From Lytechinus pictus (Eukaryota), in contig NC_087246.1 of assembly GCF_037042905.1 (NCBI RefSeq), positions 3,970,001-4,034,000 on the forward strand: DNA of 64,000 bases, in the 5' to 3' direction. A program made the position numbers and the translations under genes. Shown here piece by piece: positions 35,501-50,500 of this stretch. Under the pieces are notes generated by a model that saw only the letters and a program-made list of their open reading frames with translations, was not told the origin of the DNA and did no database searches. How positions within the stretch are numbered: position 1 is the first letter of the stretch; each line of letters opens with the position of its first letter.

Positions 35501-38500
35501 GACACGTTGTCAACATCTTAAAACATTCCTTGAATGATTGAGTTGTGCAGGTGACTGACTGTTACTATAGTGACAGTTGAATAAAGCATCTGACAAATAC
35601 TTTCATGAAACCTTACGACCCGAAATATTAAATGAATTTACCTGTAAAATAGCCCCCATTCGCGAAGCAAGTAGTGCAGAGCACATGCTAATAACGCCAA
35701 AAACTATTGCTGTAAGAAAAAAAGAGGAAGAAAGAGGATATCAAACTGTCATACTAAAATTGAAAAGATTGATTACGACTGTATTAAAAATAAAATTGAC
35801 AAGTTTCCCTTCAACATCAAAGTCGAATATAATATGTGACGTGGACATACTAGCTTTATACTCTCTCTTTTTCGCAAGAGGCAGTGATATTACGATTTAT
35901 TGTTTTTTAATGAAAATAGACTTTCAATCCGATAAAATATAATATCGAACATGTATTCCACATTTCTCCTACCCAATGAACAAGAATACAATAAGATCCA
36001 ATTGTAAATATCATAAAGTGATAAGTGATTTCATTTTGCATTTTCCTACCAAGTCCTTTGGTGACCCAGGTGTATCGTTTATCCGTGATGTCAGGCCAGA
36101 TACTCTTTACGATATCTTCACCAGCTACTGCAGCTAAAGCATTTAAACCTGAGGAAATAGTACTGAGAACAAAAAATATAGTTTGATTAAGGGCCTTGAT
36201 GTGATGTGATAAAACGAACCAACCAATTTTGTTGCTCTTGCCCCCCCCCCCCCCCCCCCCCCTGGCCACCGACCCCTGTTACGCCGCTGTATATAGAAAA
36301 TAAAAAATTCGTCAAATGTGTATGTTATATCAGGGAACAGTTACTCAAATTATGTTCAGTAAAACATGTTGAAAATTTGTTATGAATTGTATGTCTTGGA
36401 CGAGAAACATCACTCAGTACCTGACCAGGTTAATGTCATAAACTGAACAACAGCTGGGAGTTAAAATAAGGTGTAAACCTTTTACCGCTGCCACCAAATG
36501 TAACACTGTATATTTTTATGATTGTTAATATTTTTTTAGTTGTGGTAGCGTCCGATGGCGTATTGAGGCCAGTGTTACAAACGAAGAAAGATGACGAGAA
36601 GACGATGATTATTCGGTTCCGATATAATATATTCATTTAAACCTTGCGAGTGTAAGTAGACAGTGAACAGGTGGACATAAACAAAGTAGTATTGGGTTAG
36701 TGAACTCTTTCGATTACAGTTCAACTAATGTTTCTTAATTTAAATCATATAGTGATTATTTCTACTATTACATTATGTCCTAACCTAAGTAAAGCTTTGC
36801 GCTGGCTAGATTTACAGTAAAAAGCCTGTTACTTTGGCTAAATGTCCAAAGCTACTATCAAATAAGTAGAATTAAATCATTTTTAAAGGCCAATTTTTCT
36901 GGCTCGCTTCGCTCGCTGGTGACTTTTACAAATTTTCCCATATTTGCTATGTTGTGCTGCCTCAAAATATTAAGTTTATTATCCTCAACTACGTTGAAGT
37001 TAATAAGTGTTGTGTACACTATGCACCCACGATTTGGTAAAACAGTGGCCATCTGCAATGTTTAAAAATATCACGGGGTTCCGGGGGCTCCACCCCAGAC
37101 CAGTGGCGGCACCAAGGGGAAGGCACAGGGGGCGTTTGCCCCCAGTGAGTTGGCCCCACCCCCGAAATTTTGAAAAATAAGAAAAATGTATAGTATATGT
37201 TGTCATAAGCATCCTACTAAAGCTGCAAAGTGCTCCAAAACAGCTTTTTCGTTCCTTAAATTTTGAAAATTTTCTCATCTATTCACTGTTAGCTCCCAAT
37301 AATTTTTGTCAGTAACATAAATCTCTCGGGTCATTTTATAAAATTCAAAATGTCGCCCGCGCTATACACGCTCACAGTAGCTGTTGACTGAGATAAGTAA
37401 ATTATCTGTTCAAATGGGGCTTAAAAATCCAATGTTCAAGTCAATATGCTTCTCGCGATTAGAGTTTTCATTATCATTATTTGTTTTAGCGAGATACGCA
37501 TCCTGCGTACTCATAATTTTCATAAATAAAAAAATTTCAGCTCGCGCTACGCGCTCGCATTAAAAGTTTAATTAGATAGTCATCCAGTTCATGATTACAA
37601 AATGTGCTTATAGAACGTCCAGTTATCATCTCAGGATGAAAAAAATTTCAGCTCGCGCTTTGCGCTCGCAATATTTATTTGGTGAGATATATCATCTTCA
37701 TGACCCAATGCAAACAGCTAGTCCTTAACAGGTCCCTTTTCAAGTCAGTAGGGTATACATGAAAAGTAATAGCTCGCGCTTCTTGCTCGATTTTGAGAAA
37801 AGGCAAAATATTTGTGTGTTGACCCGCCCCCAAATGTTCTTTTGCCTCCCCGAAGTTAAAAATCCAGGGGTCGCCATTGCCCCGGACCCGATCCGCATAG
37901 CACTGGCCCCCAAAATTTCTACAACTGATAACAAAAAAGAAAGGATGAAAGAAAAGGAAAGGAAGATGTAAAATATGATTTCCTGAATACCATGTCAAAA
38001 TCAATCTGAAAGTAAGATTCTCATGAAAAGCTGATTTTTTTCTCGCTCGCTTCGCTCGCTCGGGACTTATATTAAGCAACTTTTTGCTGCACGCGCCACG
38101 CTGTGCCCCCCCTTTTTTTTGGGGGGGGGGGGGTACTTATCACGTATTGAGCTTCGCCCTAATGCTCGGGGGACAATCATAAAAAATCCTGTTCATACCA
38201 TGATATGACCGGGAAATTTTTGGCTCTTGCCCCCCCCCCCCTGGCCACTGACCCCTGTTACGCCCCTGATAATTGCTTGTGTTTAGAAATACTAAAAGAT
38301 ATCGACGATCAACATGATTCCTGTTATTGTTTTCAACAAAAATCACATCCACCTTGGATCAGTCCTTGTGTTCTAACTTCCAAGGGTCAAGAGTAACATT
38401 ATTTCAGACCACTGTGTTAGGAGGCTAACTATTTTATTGATATATCTGCCACTTTAATTTTTGCGACTTTATTATGGCATTGATCAGGGCCAATAAAGCT

Positions 38501-41500
38501 TATTTATCGTAATGGGGATTTTTTTTTACCCGAACGGCCAACGCCAATCACTAAGCTTTATGTTAAGGACCCAAGTGCACCTAAGCGATTGTCGCCAATT
38601 TACCTGAGAGCTGCGCTGAAAACTGCTGACGTCAACAAACCAGGAAGTCCTGGCATCGAACCAAAAAGATCCATTATAAAATACGGCATCATCTAAAAAG
38701 ATATGAAATTAAAAACTTCTGTAACTGAGCACTTTGTGAGAAATAAAGGATATATATCTAAAAAGAACTACAGTATGTAGTTTTGTCTATTAGTTTAACG
38801 ATAAAACATGTCTTTGTCGAGATAACTTCAATTTGACCCATAATTGATCACTGATGATGGAGATGATCTGCTTAAAGTGATTGTTTATTATCAATAAATA
38901 TTATTAGAGTTATCGTTTGAAAACCAAACAGCACACCTAAACACGTACATTGTCTAGAATAATGGGTGACAATAAAGACACTAAATCATATTTGCAAGCA
39001 AACCACTGAACGATAAACTGGAACATATTTTTGTGTGCTATATCTGAATCTCAGTCATTTTATTCCCATCAGTCCAAGATGAAACTTGATCTTGTTATTA
39101 TCATGGTTATAAGTCAGTATTTTTAAAAAGTTACATTATTTGTAAAAAAATGATTAAATGTATATGAACTAAAAGTGTAATTTGTCACAACACCAGAGAT
39201 CTGTTTGTTTCAATCAGTGGCAGATCTAGGGGGCACACCGGCATGTGCCCCTCCCCCATTTGAGAGTCATATTCAATATTTTTTATGTAAATATACCGTT
39301 CTTACACAAGTGTGCCCCCCCCCCCCGTTTTGAGAGTCTCAGCAATTAATTTTAATTGAAATATATGTAATTCATCCACAGGTTAGGACCTTTTTTTTTT
39401 TGGGGGGGGGGGATTGTCAAATTTTACGTGGGACAAAGTGATCTTCATTTTCCTTTAAAAAAATGTGCCCCCTATTGGACAATCCTGGATCCACCCCTGT
39501 TAGCATAAAAATGTGTTCATGTCGTTTTTAAGGCATGCGTAAATATGCATTAGTTTTTTTTCTGAGATTTCTAAAAATGTCATTATTTCTATGATTGTTT
39601 AGATTTTTAGAGTGATAACAAACCTGATCATAGCTTTCCACTACACCATGCAGTTTAGGGTCACATCCAGCGTAATTAGCATACATGACCACGCCCACTA
39701 TATGAGGTAACAATTGTACCGCTATCATACCAAATGTTGCAATTAAGATGGCTCTAGAAAAAAAATCGTTAAAAGGGTAGCAAAGTGTAAATAGAATGAT
39801 TATTGTCGATATAATAAATCCTGAAACCCATAGCTGCCTATTGAAATGTAATGCAGTTAAAATACCTTTTTTTTTTATCTGCTTCAGCCAAAGTCTTTTT
39901 TATAATTAAGTATTTGATAGGAATATATCAACATAATCATTCAACTTACGTCAGTCTTTGAACTGGGAGTTCACCTGCCTGTATAAGGCTGCAAAGGGCT
40001 GGAAAGTTTCCAGGGAAATTTTCAAACGCTAGGAACCTTTTATCTTGTACACAATTTGATGAATTGTGTTTTTAAATAGAAAAAAAAATACCACTGATAT
40101 CCCCTTATACTATCATGCTTATAAAATCCATGTGTATACATCAGTTCTAATTCGTTAATTAGAAGCTAGAAGTTATTCTGTACTTCATAATAATTTTCTT
40201 GAGCTTTTCGTTAGTTCCATTTTCTTGTATATACTTTTATCATCTGCTGTTGATAAGTAAAACAGCCATTTCCTATAATCTTGTAAACTCCAAATATAAT
40301 TACCGTATCAATTTCAAACACCTCTTTATGACGAAAGTAAATATGGTAAGTTAAAGAAGAGCATATACACACCAAATACATCCACATTTTGCCTAACTTT
40401 ATTCGTCATTGTAATTATGTGTTCACAGGCGCGTAGCCAGGGGGCGGTCGCCCCCCAAAACGCTTCCAAAAAGAAAAAAAAAAGAAGGAGAAAAAGAGAA
40501 AAAGAAAAAGCGAAAGGAGAAAAGGGAAGAAAAGTATAGCTTTGTTGTCCTTTCCCTTCTTTTTTGCTTAAAAGAATAAAAACCTTAACGAGACGTTTTT
40601 CTCTCTTCATACAAAATTTTCTTCCGCGCTTCGCGCGGGAAAAATATCAAAATTGCTTTTCCATTTTGTTTCCCACTCCTTTCCTGTACACCGGCTGTGG
40701 GAATCGTATATTCTTGCCAGAAATTATTAAGTATACATGGGTGTAAAGAGTATGACAAGTATTTTTTTTTTTAATATTGCATTGACACAAAATTTTGGCT
40801 CTTCTGTTCGGAGCGGGTAAACATTACCATCAGTCCCTGAGTCCCCAAATGCTATTTCTTCCCCTTTTCAGCAAGTAGTTGGCAAAGTATCTGCTCAAAG
40901 GGGAGGCATTAAATTTGTGCCGTGCTATATGCAAAAGTATGTACGATATGAAACTTTATTCTACATCGCTGCACATCCATGTCTCGTTTTGCGCCATTGA
41001 TTTGAAATTTTGAATATCACAAAAAGGTTCTTAATCAAAAGGAAGCGCTTATAATGAGCGAAATTACACCTTTTTTTCTCCAAAATATATCACAGAGGTT
41101 TCCGTGATTCGCGAGCATATGGGAAAGGAAAAGTCCCTCTTCTAGCTTGCATCATCCCTTTCACATTTTGAGCTCATTTTTCTTCTTAATCGAGTTATAT
41201 AATCTAAGAAATATCAAAATTAGAACAGGTTAACGTTTCAGAGAAATTCTTTTAATACTTAAAGCTTCAACGCTATTCGCGGGAAGGAATAGCGCAAATT
41301 TCCTTTCTGTATATACCCGTCTTCTACTCTGTTTTGCGACTTGAGTAAGCGAAATTGAATGTGGATACACTTTTTGCAATCAAATCTGATGTGACCGAGG
41401 TAGGCAAAATCATTTCTGTTCTCTATTCTTATAAAAAGTTTTTAAGTTTCTACGCTTCGCGCGGTAAGAGGAATTATTTCAAATTCTTCAATCTTTTCCC

Positions 41501-44500
41501 ATTTTTGGGGCGCTCATAATTTCTCTCGAAACAATTTTGTTTTAATCATAGCAAATCAATATTCGAGTTGATAAGGGTAATAGAGACGCAAGAGACGCCT
41601 TCTTTTGATTTGAATTTGATGAGATATTGAAAACTTCGCGCTCCGCGCGGGAGGGGGGAAACTCCCCCCTCCCTGCACCCCTAGGGAGCGCGCTTCGCGC
41701 GCTCTGTAAGTGTTGGCCATAGGTGTTGGCACGCTTCGCGTGCACTTACCGCCCCCTCCAAAGTTAAATCCTGGCTACGCGGTTGTGTGTTCACTAACAG
41801 TAAATAAACACTTCTGAAACAATCCTTCACATTATTTACTTAAATTTATTATATTTGCCGCAAATCTATCGAGTATCGATGTCATTGAGTAAGATACATT
41901 TATAAAGTCAAAACACCCTCATCACAAAAGAGGTATAATACAAACACATAATTATGCACCCCATGCACAATCAAACATCATGCTCTCTCTCTCTCTCTCT
42001 GTAACAACACACTCCCACACCCATACGTACACCCCGCACCCTCCTTTACACACACTCACACACCCCCTCACACACACACATCCCTTATATAACACTCATG
42101 ATCAACTCACACTTTTGCTCTTTGAATGGATCCGCATGTGAGGTATCTTTGAACCTGTGCCTGGTTCACTCCAAATACACTGGTCCAGTTGAAACCTCCA
42201 CCAATCACAATTCCCCATATAGTGTGACGCACCGTGACGTCAGTACTCCATCTAGAAGAAAATAACACATTTTTTTTCTTTACAAATTGCAAATGGACAA
42301 TCTATTATCAGAATAATCCTAACCACATACTATTTCTCTGGTTAAACTTAAAAAATAAAAATAAATAAGCAAAAAGAAAAAAAAAACGTAAAAGACATTG
42401 CTAGCTGAATGTCTCTAGGTCTTTTTTAATACGTGTTAAAGATACAATGAAAAAAAATCAGAACATTAGTAGACAAGTTAGAATTTACAATGCATGTTTT
42501 TTTCCCCTTCGAATAAGGCCCTCAATTTGTCCATAAAAGAAAAAAAATCAGAATAGACGCATTCCATAACATGATGTATCAGTATGGTATGTCAACCCTT
42601 GATCGGATGGACTACTCTAAGATCTGTTGTACAAAGAAGGTGGCTGTACAGAGATTTAAGATGGTTGCATGACCTAGCAACAATTTTAAAACATTTTCTA
42701 CTTAATGAAATGCTTGTCACATGCGTATTCAAACGAAAAGAAAATATTAAATTTCAAACATTAACTTGGGCACTAAAGTGGTTATTAGCCAAAGTTGATA
42801 GCCTGTGATAACAACAAGATTATAATTTACATGTACATGTATGATTACATAAAATATGAAAATATGAAATTATAATTGGTAAAGTGTCGAAAATCTGTCT
42901 ATCTGACGGTCAAGCGGATCGGGGTCGCCCTAGCCACTAACCCGTCTCTGTGGTCTAGTGGTTAAGGCACCGGCGTTCAAAGCTGGGGGCCCGGGTTCGA
43001 TTCCCGGAAGAGACATTTTTTCGGCATCACCAATTTTTCCAACGGGTAGATAGCTCTGGGGAACCTTGATTTAAGCTACGCCTACCATTGTTCTCTTCAT
43101 CCATTTCTTTACAATATATATATATATATATAATTTGATTAAGGTTTGATTTATATATGATTACTTTAGCACCCCAAAAAAAATCAGAAAGAAATAATAA
43201 TAAAATGGAATAGAAAAAAAAATCAATAGATAAATAAATAAGAAGAAAAAAAAAATACTTGAAATACTTACACCCACATGTCCAATCTTTGACCAATAGC
43301 AGCAATATGCCATGCCTTATCAAGACCACCAACATTGATAGCACCCTGAATGATGACAGCTATGAAACCAATCACCATCAATGTTACCTGAAATACATCG
43401 GTCCAAAGAACTGCTTTCATACCCCCCTGCGGTATGTAATTATACAAAATATATATAATAATAACCAGTTTTAGTTCATGATGATTATAATAATATTTCA
43501 AATTTATGTAGCGCATAGATATTAGACCTAATTCAAAATTGTTTATTTGGGTGCGATGACCATTTTCTCTGTCTTTTTTTTTTTTTTGCTTTTCATTTTT
43601 TAAACGTCGCTGTCGCACATGCACTTCAGTGGTTTAGACCAGTGGGGTAACAAGCGGGGGGGGGGGGGGCAGGGGGGGCAAGCTGCCCCCTTGGCGGATT
43701 TCTCCGGGAAAAAAAAAACGGGAAAAAGAGAAAAGGGAGGGAGAAAGAAAGGGAAAGGGGAAGGAAAGGGGAAAAGGAAAGGAGGAAAAGGGAAGGGAAA
43801 GGGAAAAGTAAAAAGAAAACGAAGAAGAAAAAAATTAATGGAAAAGGAAGGAAAGCGGGAAAAGAACGAAAGAGAACATTTGAGAAAGAACAAATCATTC
43901 CGAAATAGGCCTATGTACTGGGAAATCAATGAAAAGATGACAAAGTGGCAAACAATAGCGGGAAACGAAGGTAGAATGGAATTCTTAAAAAAAAGAAGCT
44001 AAATTAGAAAACAAAGAAAAGGGACAAGAAAAAAACCCCTTAATAACACGACCGGGCCGCCGATGATTGAAAATAAAGAGCGGGCCAGAAGAAAGATGGA
44101 CAGCATACAACATTGTGCTATAAGCTTGCTAAATTTTATGCATATAAGCTACCAGGGCTTTGCCCCAGACCCCACGCAGTAGGGGCTCTTCATCCATAAC
44201 CTTCAAATGGCTCTATAGCGTCCCCTTGTAGGGACCCTTCCTACATTAAGCTTTACGTTCAATCACTGGCGTACAGGCGCGCGGGGGGGGGGGGGGGGGG
44301 GAGGTCTTGGTTCCACACCCAAGATGAAATAAAAGAAATTATAGGGGACAACGTATAATGAAACGAGAGGAAACAATGAAATGTGTTATTTGCTGAATAT
44401 AATGGAAAAATCTATCACATAATTAGAATTTAATTTCAATAGGCAATTTTTTTCCAGCTTGCTTTGCTCGCTAGCGATTTTTGCCCACTCAAAATATTTG

Positions 44501-47500
44501 GTTCATTACGCAACTGGGTTGAATAAATGTGTTGTGTAAAAGCTATATTCTGTATATACCCAAGATTTGATTAAAAATAGCGGCAATCTGCGAGGTTTAA
44601 ATGGCTTTGATATCAAGAATTTCCGTGGGCTCCGCCCCGGACCCCAACCGCATAGCACTGCCGTATATGAGTATGGAAGGGTTGGACCATAGCCCCAAAA
44701 GTTCTACAACCAAAAACCAAAAAAAAGGAGGAAAGAAAAGCAAAGGGCAAGTGTGGGGTATGATTTTATTTACTGAATATAATGTCAAAAAATATCTCAA
44801 AGTTAGATTCTCATAAAAAGGTGGTTTTTTTTCTCGCTCGCTTCGCTCTCTCGGGACTTATAGCAGCTCTTTAGCACATGCACCATACTGCGCCCCTCGT
44901 TTTTTGTACTCTTCACGCTACTGCCGCAAAGAATCCTGTTCACAGTGGCGTACAGACCACAAAAAAAGGGAATGGAAAGAGAGAAGAGTGAAATATATTA
45001 TTTTCTGGATATCATTTCAAAATCTATCACAAAATTTGATCGCTCACTAGCAACTTAAAAAAAAGCCCGATACTTAATATCTGGCCCTCTCAAAATCGTC
45101 GCCTCATTACACCATTACGCCTGTTCATACCATGATATCACCGGGAAATTTTTGGCTCTTGCCCCCTGGCCACCGACCCCTGTTACGCCGCTGGTTTAGA
45201 CCAATCACTTGTTCAATTTTTATCATGACGAATATAATTTTTGTAGTATTTATGGCTCAGGGTACTATTAATTGCTTGTGACGTCAAATGTCAGGATTCA
45301 AAACATTTTTGCCCAATTTTGTGAAGTCTGTTGAAACTAACTTTGGTCACATTATACGAGGTTTAAACCAATCACCTGTTCAGATTAACATTACGACGAT
45401 GAAGTGTATAATAAATACTAGCACTTTAAATCTTCTGAACAGATTCATTGACATCATAAATCGATGCTTATCGCATACAGATCACACCCTTATATATGAC
45501 ATGTTTGACCTGTATCATAAAAAGCGATATTGAAATTATTGACATTTTGGAATATATATCTTACAGATCAATATCCGAATAAGTGTACGGCACAAACACG
45601 AAATAGTCTTAAATACATGTTTTCATTTTACTTTTATGTCGCCTATTCAAATATATCAGGCTCTTGGATTTACAACCTATTGCTATAACGCACCTGAGTG
45701 TTTCTACAAAATATACAGGTCAATTATAAAGTGTATACTTATTATTGCATGTGCATGTTTGCGAGAATAAATACAGATCAAACATGACATTGCCGTTTTT
45801 CAACTTTTATTGCCACTGGGGGATTTTCCCAGATTACTAAAATGACATTTACAATTTGTTACCAAGAACGCAGTTTCTATACAATATTCATCACGCCACA
45901 ATCAACCAGATTTTAAGGGGGAAATCGAGTCACGTACGTGACCTCCCAGAAAGAAGAGATCCAAACGGGATTCCAGGACTAGCTGGTATTTCCTGGGGTA
46001 CGGATTCCCCTCTTTACATTTATCATCTACATGTATTCAATACAAGACTATCTCATGACTTTGTGTGTGAAATAAAGTTGGGGGAAAGGCTTCAAGACCA
46101 GAACGTGAATTCTTGGAAGGGGGAACCTGCCGGGAGGAAGACATCCAGTCGGACTTCCAATTAAGCCAGGAGACTTTGGGAAGCTGGATTCCCCTCTCCC
46201 GGTTTTCTTGACATAATTAGTATACAGTGCCTCCCCCTGCATGGTGTTGAAATTTGACCGATATAAGAAAAAAAAAGACCTCGGTAATCAGGCCAAACAC
46301 CATAACCAGCGAATCCAACCATCCAACATGTCCAATGCAAGCCCATCCAGCCATCCAAAACAAGCCCAATCAACCAAATCAAGCCCAACCAACCATTACA
46401 AACCCATCCAACCAACCAGTGCAAGCCCATCCAGCCAACCAATCAAGCCCATCCAGCCAACTAATACTAGCCTATGCAGCCAACCAATATAATTCCATCC
46501 GAACGCAAGCCCAACCAACCAACCACTACTAGTTATCCATCAACAATATGACCAACCAAAGCTAAGGCTATTTCAACAAACTGTAACAGGCAAAGCTTGC
46601 CATCATTCAGCAATCTTGAACCCTGTCATTAAAATTTTGCTATTACCACATTTAAATTGATTAGCACAATTATTGCCTTCGACAGATTTCATTATTTGTG
46701 TATTAACAGAAATCACAAGAGAATTGTTAACATCCATGTATTATATGATCTTATCAAATCTGGTTTCATATAATACCTCATTTTTTGAGGCATGCAATGC
46801 CCTCCGACCCTAACAATATTATCTCACAACAACCATTATTTAAATGGGCGGGAGGGAGGGCAAGTTGACGTCTGCATCCCCCATGGCCCAGTGCTGAGTT
46901 GAGAACGAACATGTGTTTCCAAATATGTCGCGTATTGCGCGCGTCCCTGAATTCTTTAAATGCATGTCATTGGCTCTTTTTGGCGTAGAGGCTGTGCCCA
47001 CGTTGCCGTTTCCTAGCTGTCACCAATGGTGCTGCGTGACGGCGCCGCCCATGACGTGTCCAGCCCTGGTCCAGCCAACCACAGACCTGTTGCTGGGGCG
47101 TGTCCGTGGAGAATTCCCACGGAATCGCAGGGTAGTGCATTGATTTTCGCGGGCCGTAATGGCCAATAATTGATTTCCTGTCTTCTCTCGCAAACGTTTT
47201 ACTCGCTTGTTCTAACAATAATCTTTATTATCGCGCGTAATTTTATAGCTTATATAAGTTTTCTTAATTCTTCTAAATCAGGATATTAAAGCATATGACA
47301 ACAAAATGAAACAAATTTTGAAAGATATTGGCCATGCCCTAACTACCATACATAATTCATTCAAAAGAGTTGCGCAAGTAATTTTTATCAAATTGTACTC
47401 GAAAGACTTCCAATTTATTATATATATAGATAAAGATCGAAATGAGACAAATATTTGATATATTTCATGATGAAATTTTCAATGATAAACGATGGGGGGG

Positions 47501-50500
47501 GGGGGGGAGGGAATGACTGTCTACATTAATTTTATAGTGCTGTTAAATGGTGAATACAAATTAAAAGTGATTTTAGACGAAGAATGAAAGTGTTTAGATC
47601 TCTCTCTCTCTGTCAATATCTGTTCTGTTGCATAAGCATTTTATTTGTATTGATGTATTTTTGTGTATTTTAAAGAAGTGTGAAATAAATTAATCTGAAT
47701 CTGAAAACATAAGAAGGGACCTACACCCTGTGAAATCAATAAGGTATACTATTACCATATAGATAAATTTAATAACACGAAAATCCTTAAATGTTTTTGC
47801 TTACTATTGCGGTGTACAGCGTGCAGACGATACCTATTGAAAACACAGAACCCCAGAGATCCAGTCCAGTCACTGTATATGGAGTGAGAGACAGACCGTA
47901 GACACAGTCAGAGATAGCAATAGAGAGAGAGAGATCTAAACATTGTCATTCTTGGTCTAAAATCATTTATTAATAAAAGAAAATATAGCTCCCCATAGTC
48001 GACTGTGCACCTTTCAACAGCACCAGAAATGTAGACAGTCATTTCCCCCATCATTTACCACAATAAAGAAAATCTTATCATGAAATATATCAAATATTTG
48101 TCTCATTTCGATTTTCATCTATATGAAATAATCAACTGGAATAGTCTTTTGAGTACAATTTGCTAAAAAGTTTAATTATTTTTCTTTTAACCTATACAGT
48201 GCGTCCCAGAAAAAACGAAACCGAGATTAAGCGATGATTTATCATAACTTAATCACAAATACAATAGACAAATGACCTACCAATGCAAAGCTTAGAATTT
48301 CCTCTTTCATCTGATATTACTAAGATTATTCCCCATTCACGCATGAGTGAGCAAACACAATTTGAAGAACGGATACCAAAAACTCATTTGGCGGGGGGTA
48401 TCTGAATATCAAAAAGAAAATCACATGCCTAAAAAGTTCAATATCTGCTCTTTTATTTGATACCTTATTCACAAAAAATGGTCAAGAAGTAAAAAAGTTA
48501 TGTTCCCTCGAAACAGTGCTTGTAATTCCATAATTTCATTAAATAAACGTGTTTTCAACCGGTTTCCCACAGAAGCTATCGCATGGATAACAACAGACTT
48601 AATGCATGGCTGTTCGTCAACAAAACGGAGTGTTAAGTGAGTTTGAACGCTAGCCTGTAGAACCTCTTCATTTTATGAAATTATTGAAATTCAAGCCTTA
48701 TTTCAAATAACCAGAACTTTGTCATTTCTTGACCATTTTCTGTAACTGAGGTATCAAATTAAAGAGCAGATATTGAACTTTTTAAAAATGTGGTTTTCTT
48801 TTTGAAACTCAGATACAGCCCGCCAAATGACTTTTTGGTATCCCCTCTTCAAATTGTTTTTTCTCACTCATGCGTGAATGAAAAATAATCTAAGTAATTT
48901 CAGATGAAAGAGGAGATTCTAAGCTTTACAGTGGTAGGTCATTTGTCCATTGTATTTGTGATTAAGTTATGATAAATCATCGATAAATCTCGGTTTCGTT
49001 TTTTGTGGGACGCACTGTATAGGGAGCGATTTTGAAAAAAATGCGAAGAAAAAGGAATGTGTCGGATCAAATCATTCGAGTAAGGTTAAGCTATGATGAT
49101 ATGAGGACCTCTTCCGTCAAGTTCTATTGAACTCCAATAAAAAAAAATCTTGAATGAACAACGGTATAATTCTGGGCAACACCTTATCAATATTCACTCT
49201 ATTCAAGAAAGGTGATACAAGTATGTTAAAGGAGTTCGAAAAGGATTGAAAAACCATTCTTCAAATGAATCAAAATTACCCCGCCAGATCGAATTTGAAG
49301 GGCAAAGGTTTTTAAAGTTATCATGGTTAGTCCGCCTATAAGTTGAATTGTACTCAAATGTGACGGCTGACTCACCTGCATTAAGAGCCAGTGATGGAGC
49401 ATACAAAACAATACCAAGATACACCAGCTGAAACGTATAAAAAAAAATCGAAAAGAGAAGGGGACTGAGGAATTGTAAGGATAAGAACTGTATCATCACT
49501 CTACATGTAACAAACATGAGGAGTGCTATTATGTACATGTCTAATAAACATAATACCTTCGACTATGTATAAGAGTAACAGTGCAACACATAGCCAATCT
49601 GAAAAATCATAAGGTAATGAACAGATCTGGATCGCTAGTTTTCATTGAAAGAACATTATCCAATTCCGAGGTAGACCTATTACAAGCATCGTTCAGAGGC
49701 AAGGGAGCCAGCCAAATCAAATTACAATAAAAAAAAGTTGCACAGTTAATCATTTTGAATATACAGTGCGTATCAAAAAAAAGTTTACACTTAGAAAAAA
49801 TCCTGTAAAATTATATATTTGTAATATCCTGAAGATTTTTCCACATTTTAACATTGGTACAGATCCACTTAAGCATATTACGATATAACTGTCGAAAAAT
49901 ATTTCCGCTTGAATGAGCACCACTTACTTTTGAAAAGTTAGTGAAAAATTATTTGCGCAGACCTCTGAAATATTTATGCGAATAAAAGTAGACCTTAATC
50001 ATGAAGAACACGAGGAATTTAGCTAGTAAAATTGATTTGAACATATCTTTTACCTTTTTAACTTGTTTCCTTGGCCAAAACACTTCGAAGAGTGCATTGC
50101 ACCTCACCCCACTCCCCCCACACACTGAGGCCATCGTGACGATGTTTGCTTTACACTGAGATGTGATTTACATAAAATGGCTTAGGCTTCATTTTCATTT
50201 TTTTTTTATTATTGTCAAGCTTGGGAAAAGTGTGGAGAAACAAGTATTAAATGAAAAATGAAATGTAAACCCACTTTAAATTATACAAACTTAGGGAAAA
50301 TATGCTAGAGATGTCTGATATAAACTTTTGTTCAGATTCAGTTATGTCCTCAGATCCAGCTGGCAAAAAAAGGGTAAAGGTTGTGCTTACTAAGTCTTAA
50401 AATTTCAATTTGGGTGGCAAAATTGTTACAAAATGCTTGAATGTATCCGTTTAATTTCAATTGACTAAAAGTGCAAGGGAAATGGATGAGAAATGTTTCG

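Noticed and set aside
42944..43015. tRNA-Sec gene
   Set aside because: Lacks the long variable arm and extended acceptor/D stems of tRNA-Sec.
43600..44002. Lys/Gly-rich and Phe/Pro-rich ORFs
   Set aside because: Translations of a purine-rich low-complexity tract inside a TSD-bounded hAT-like element.
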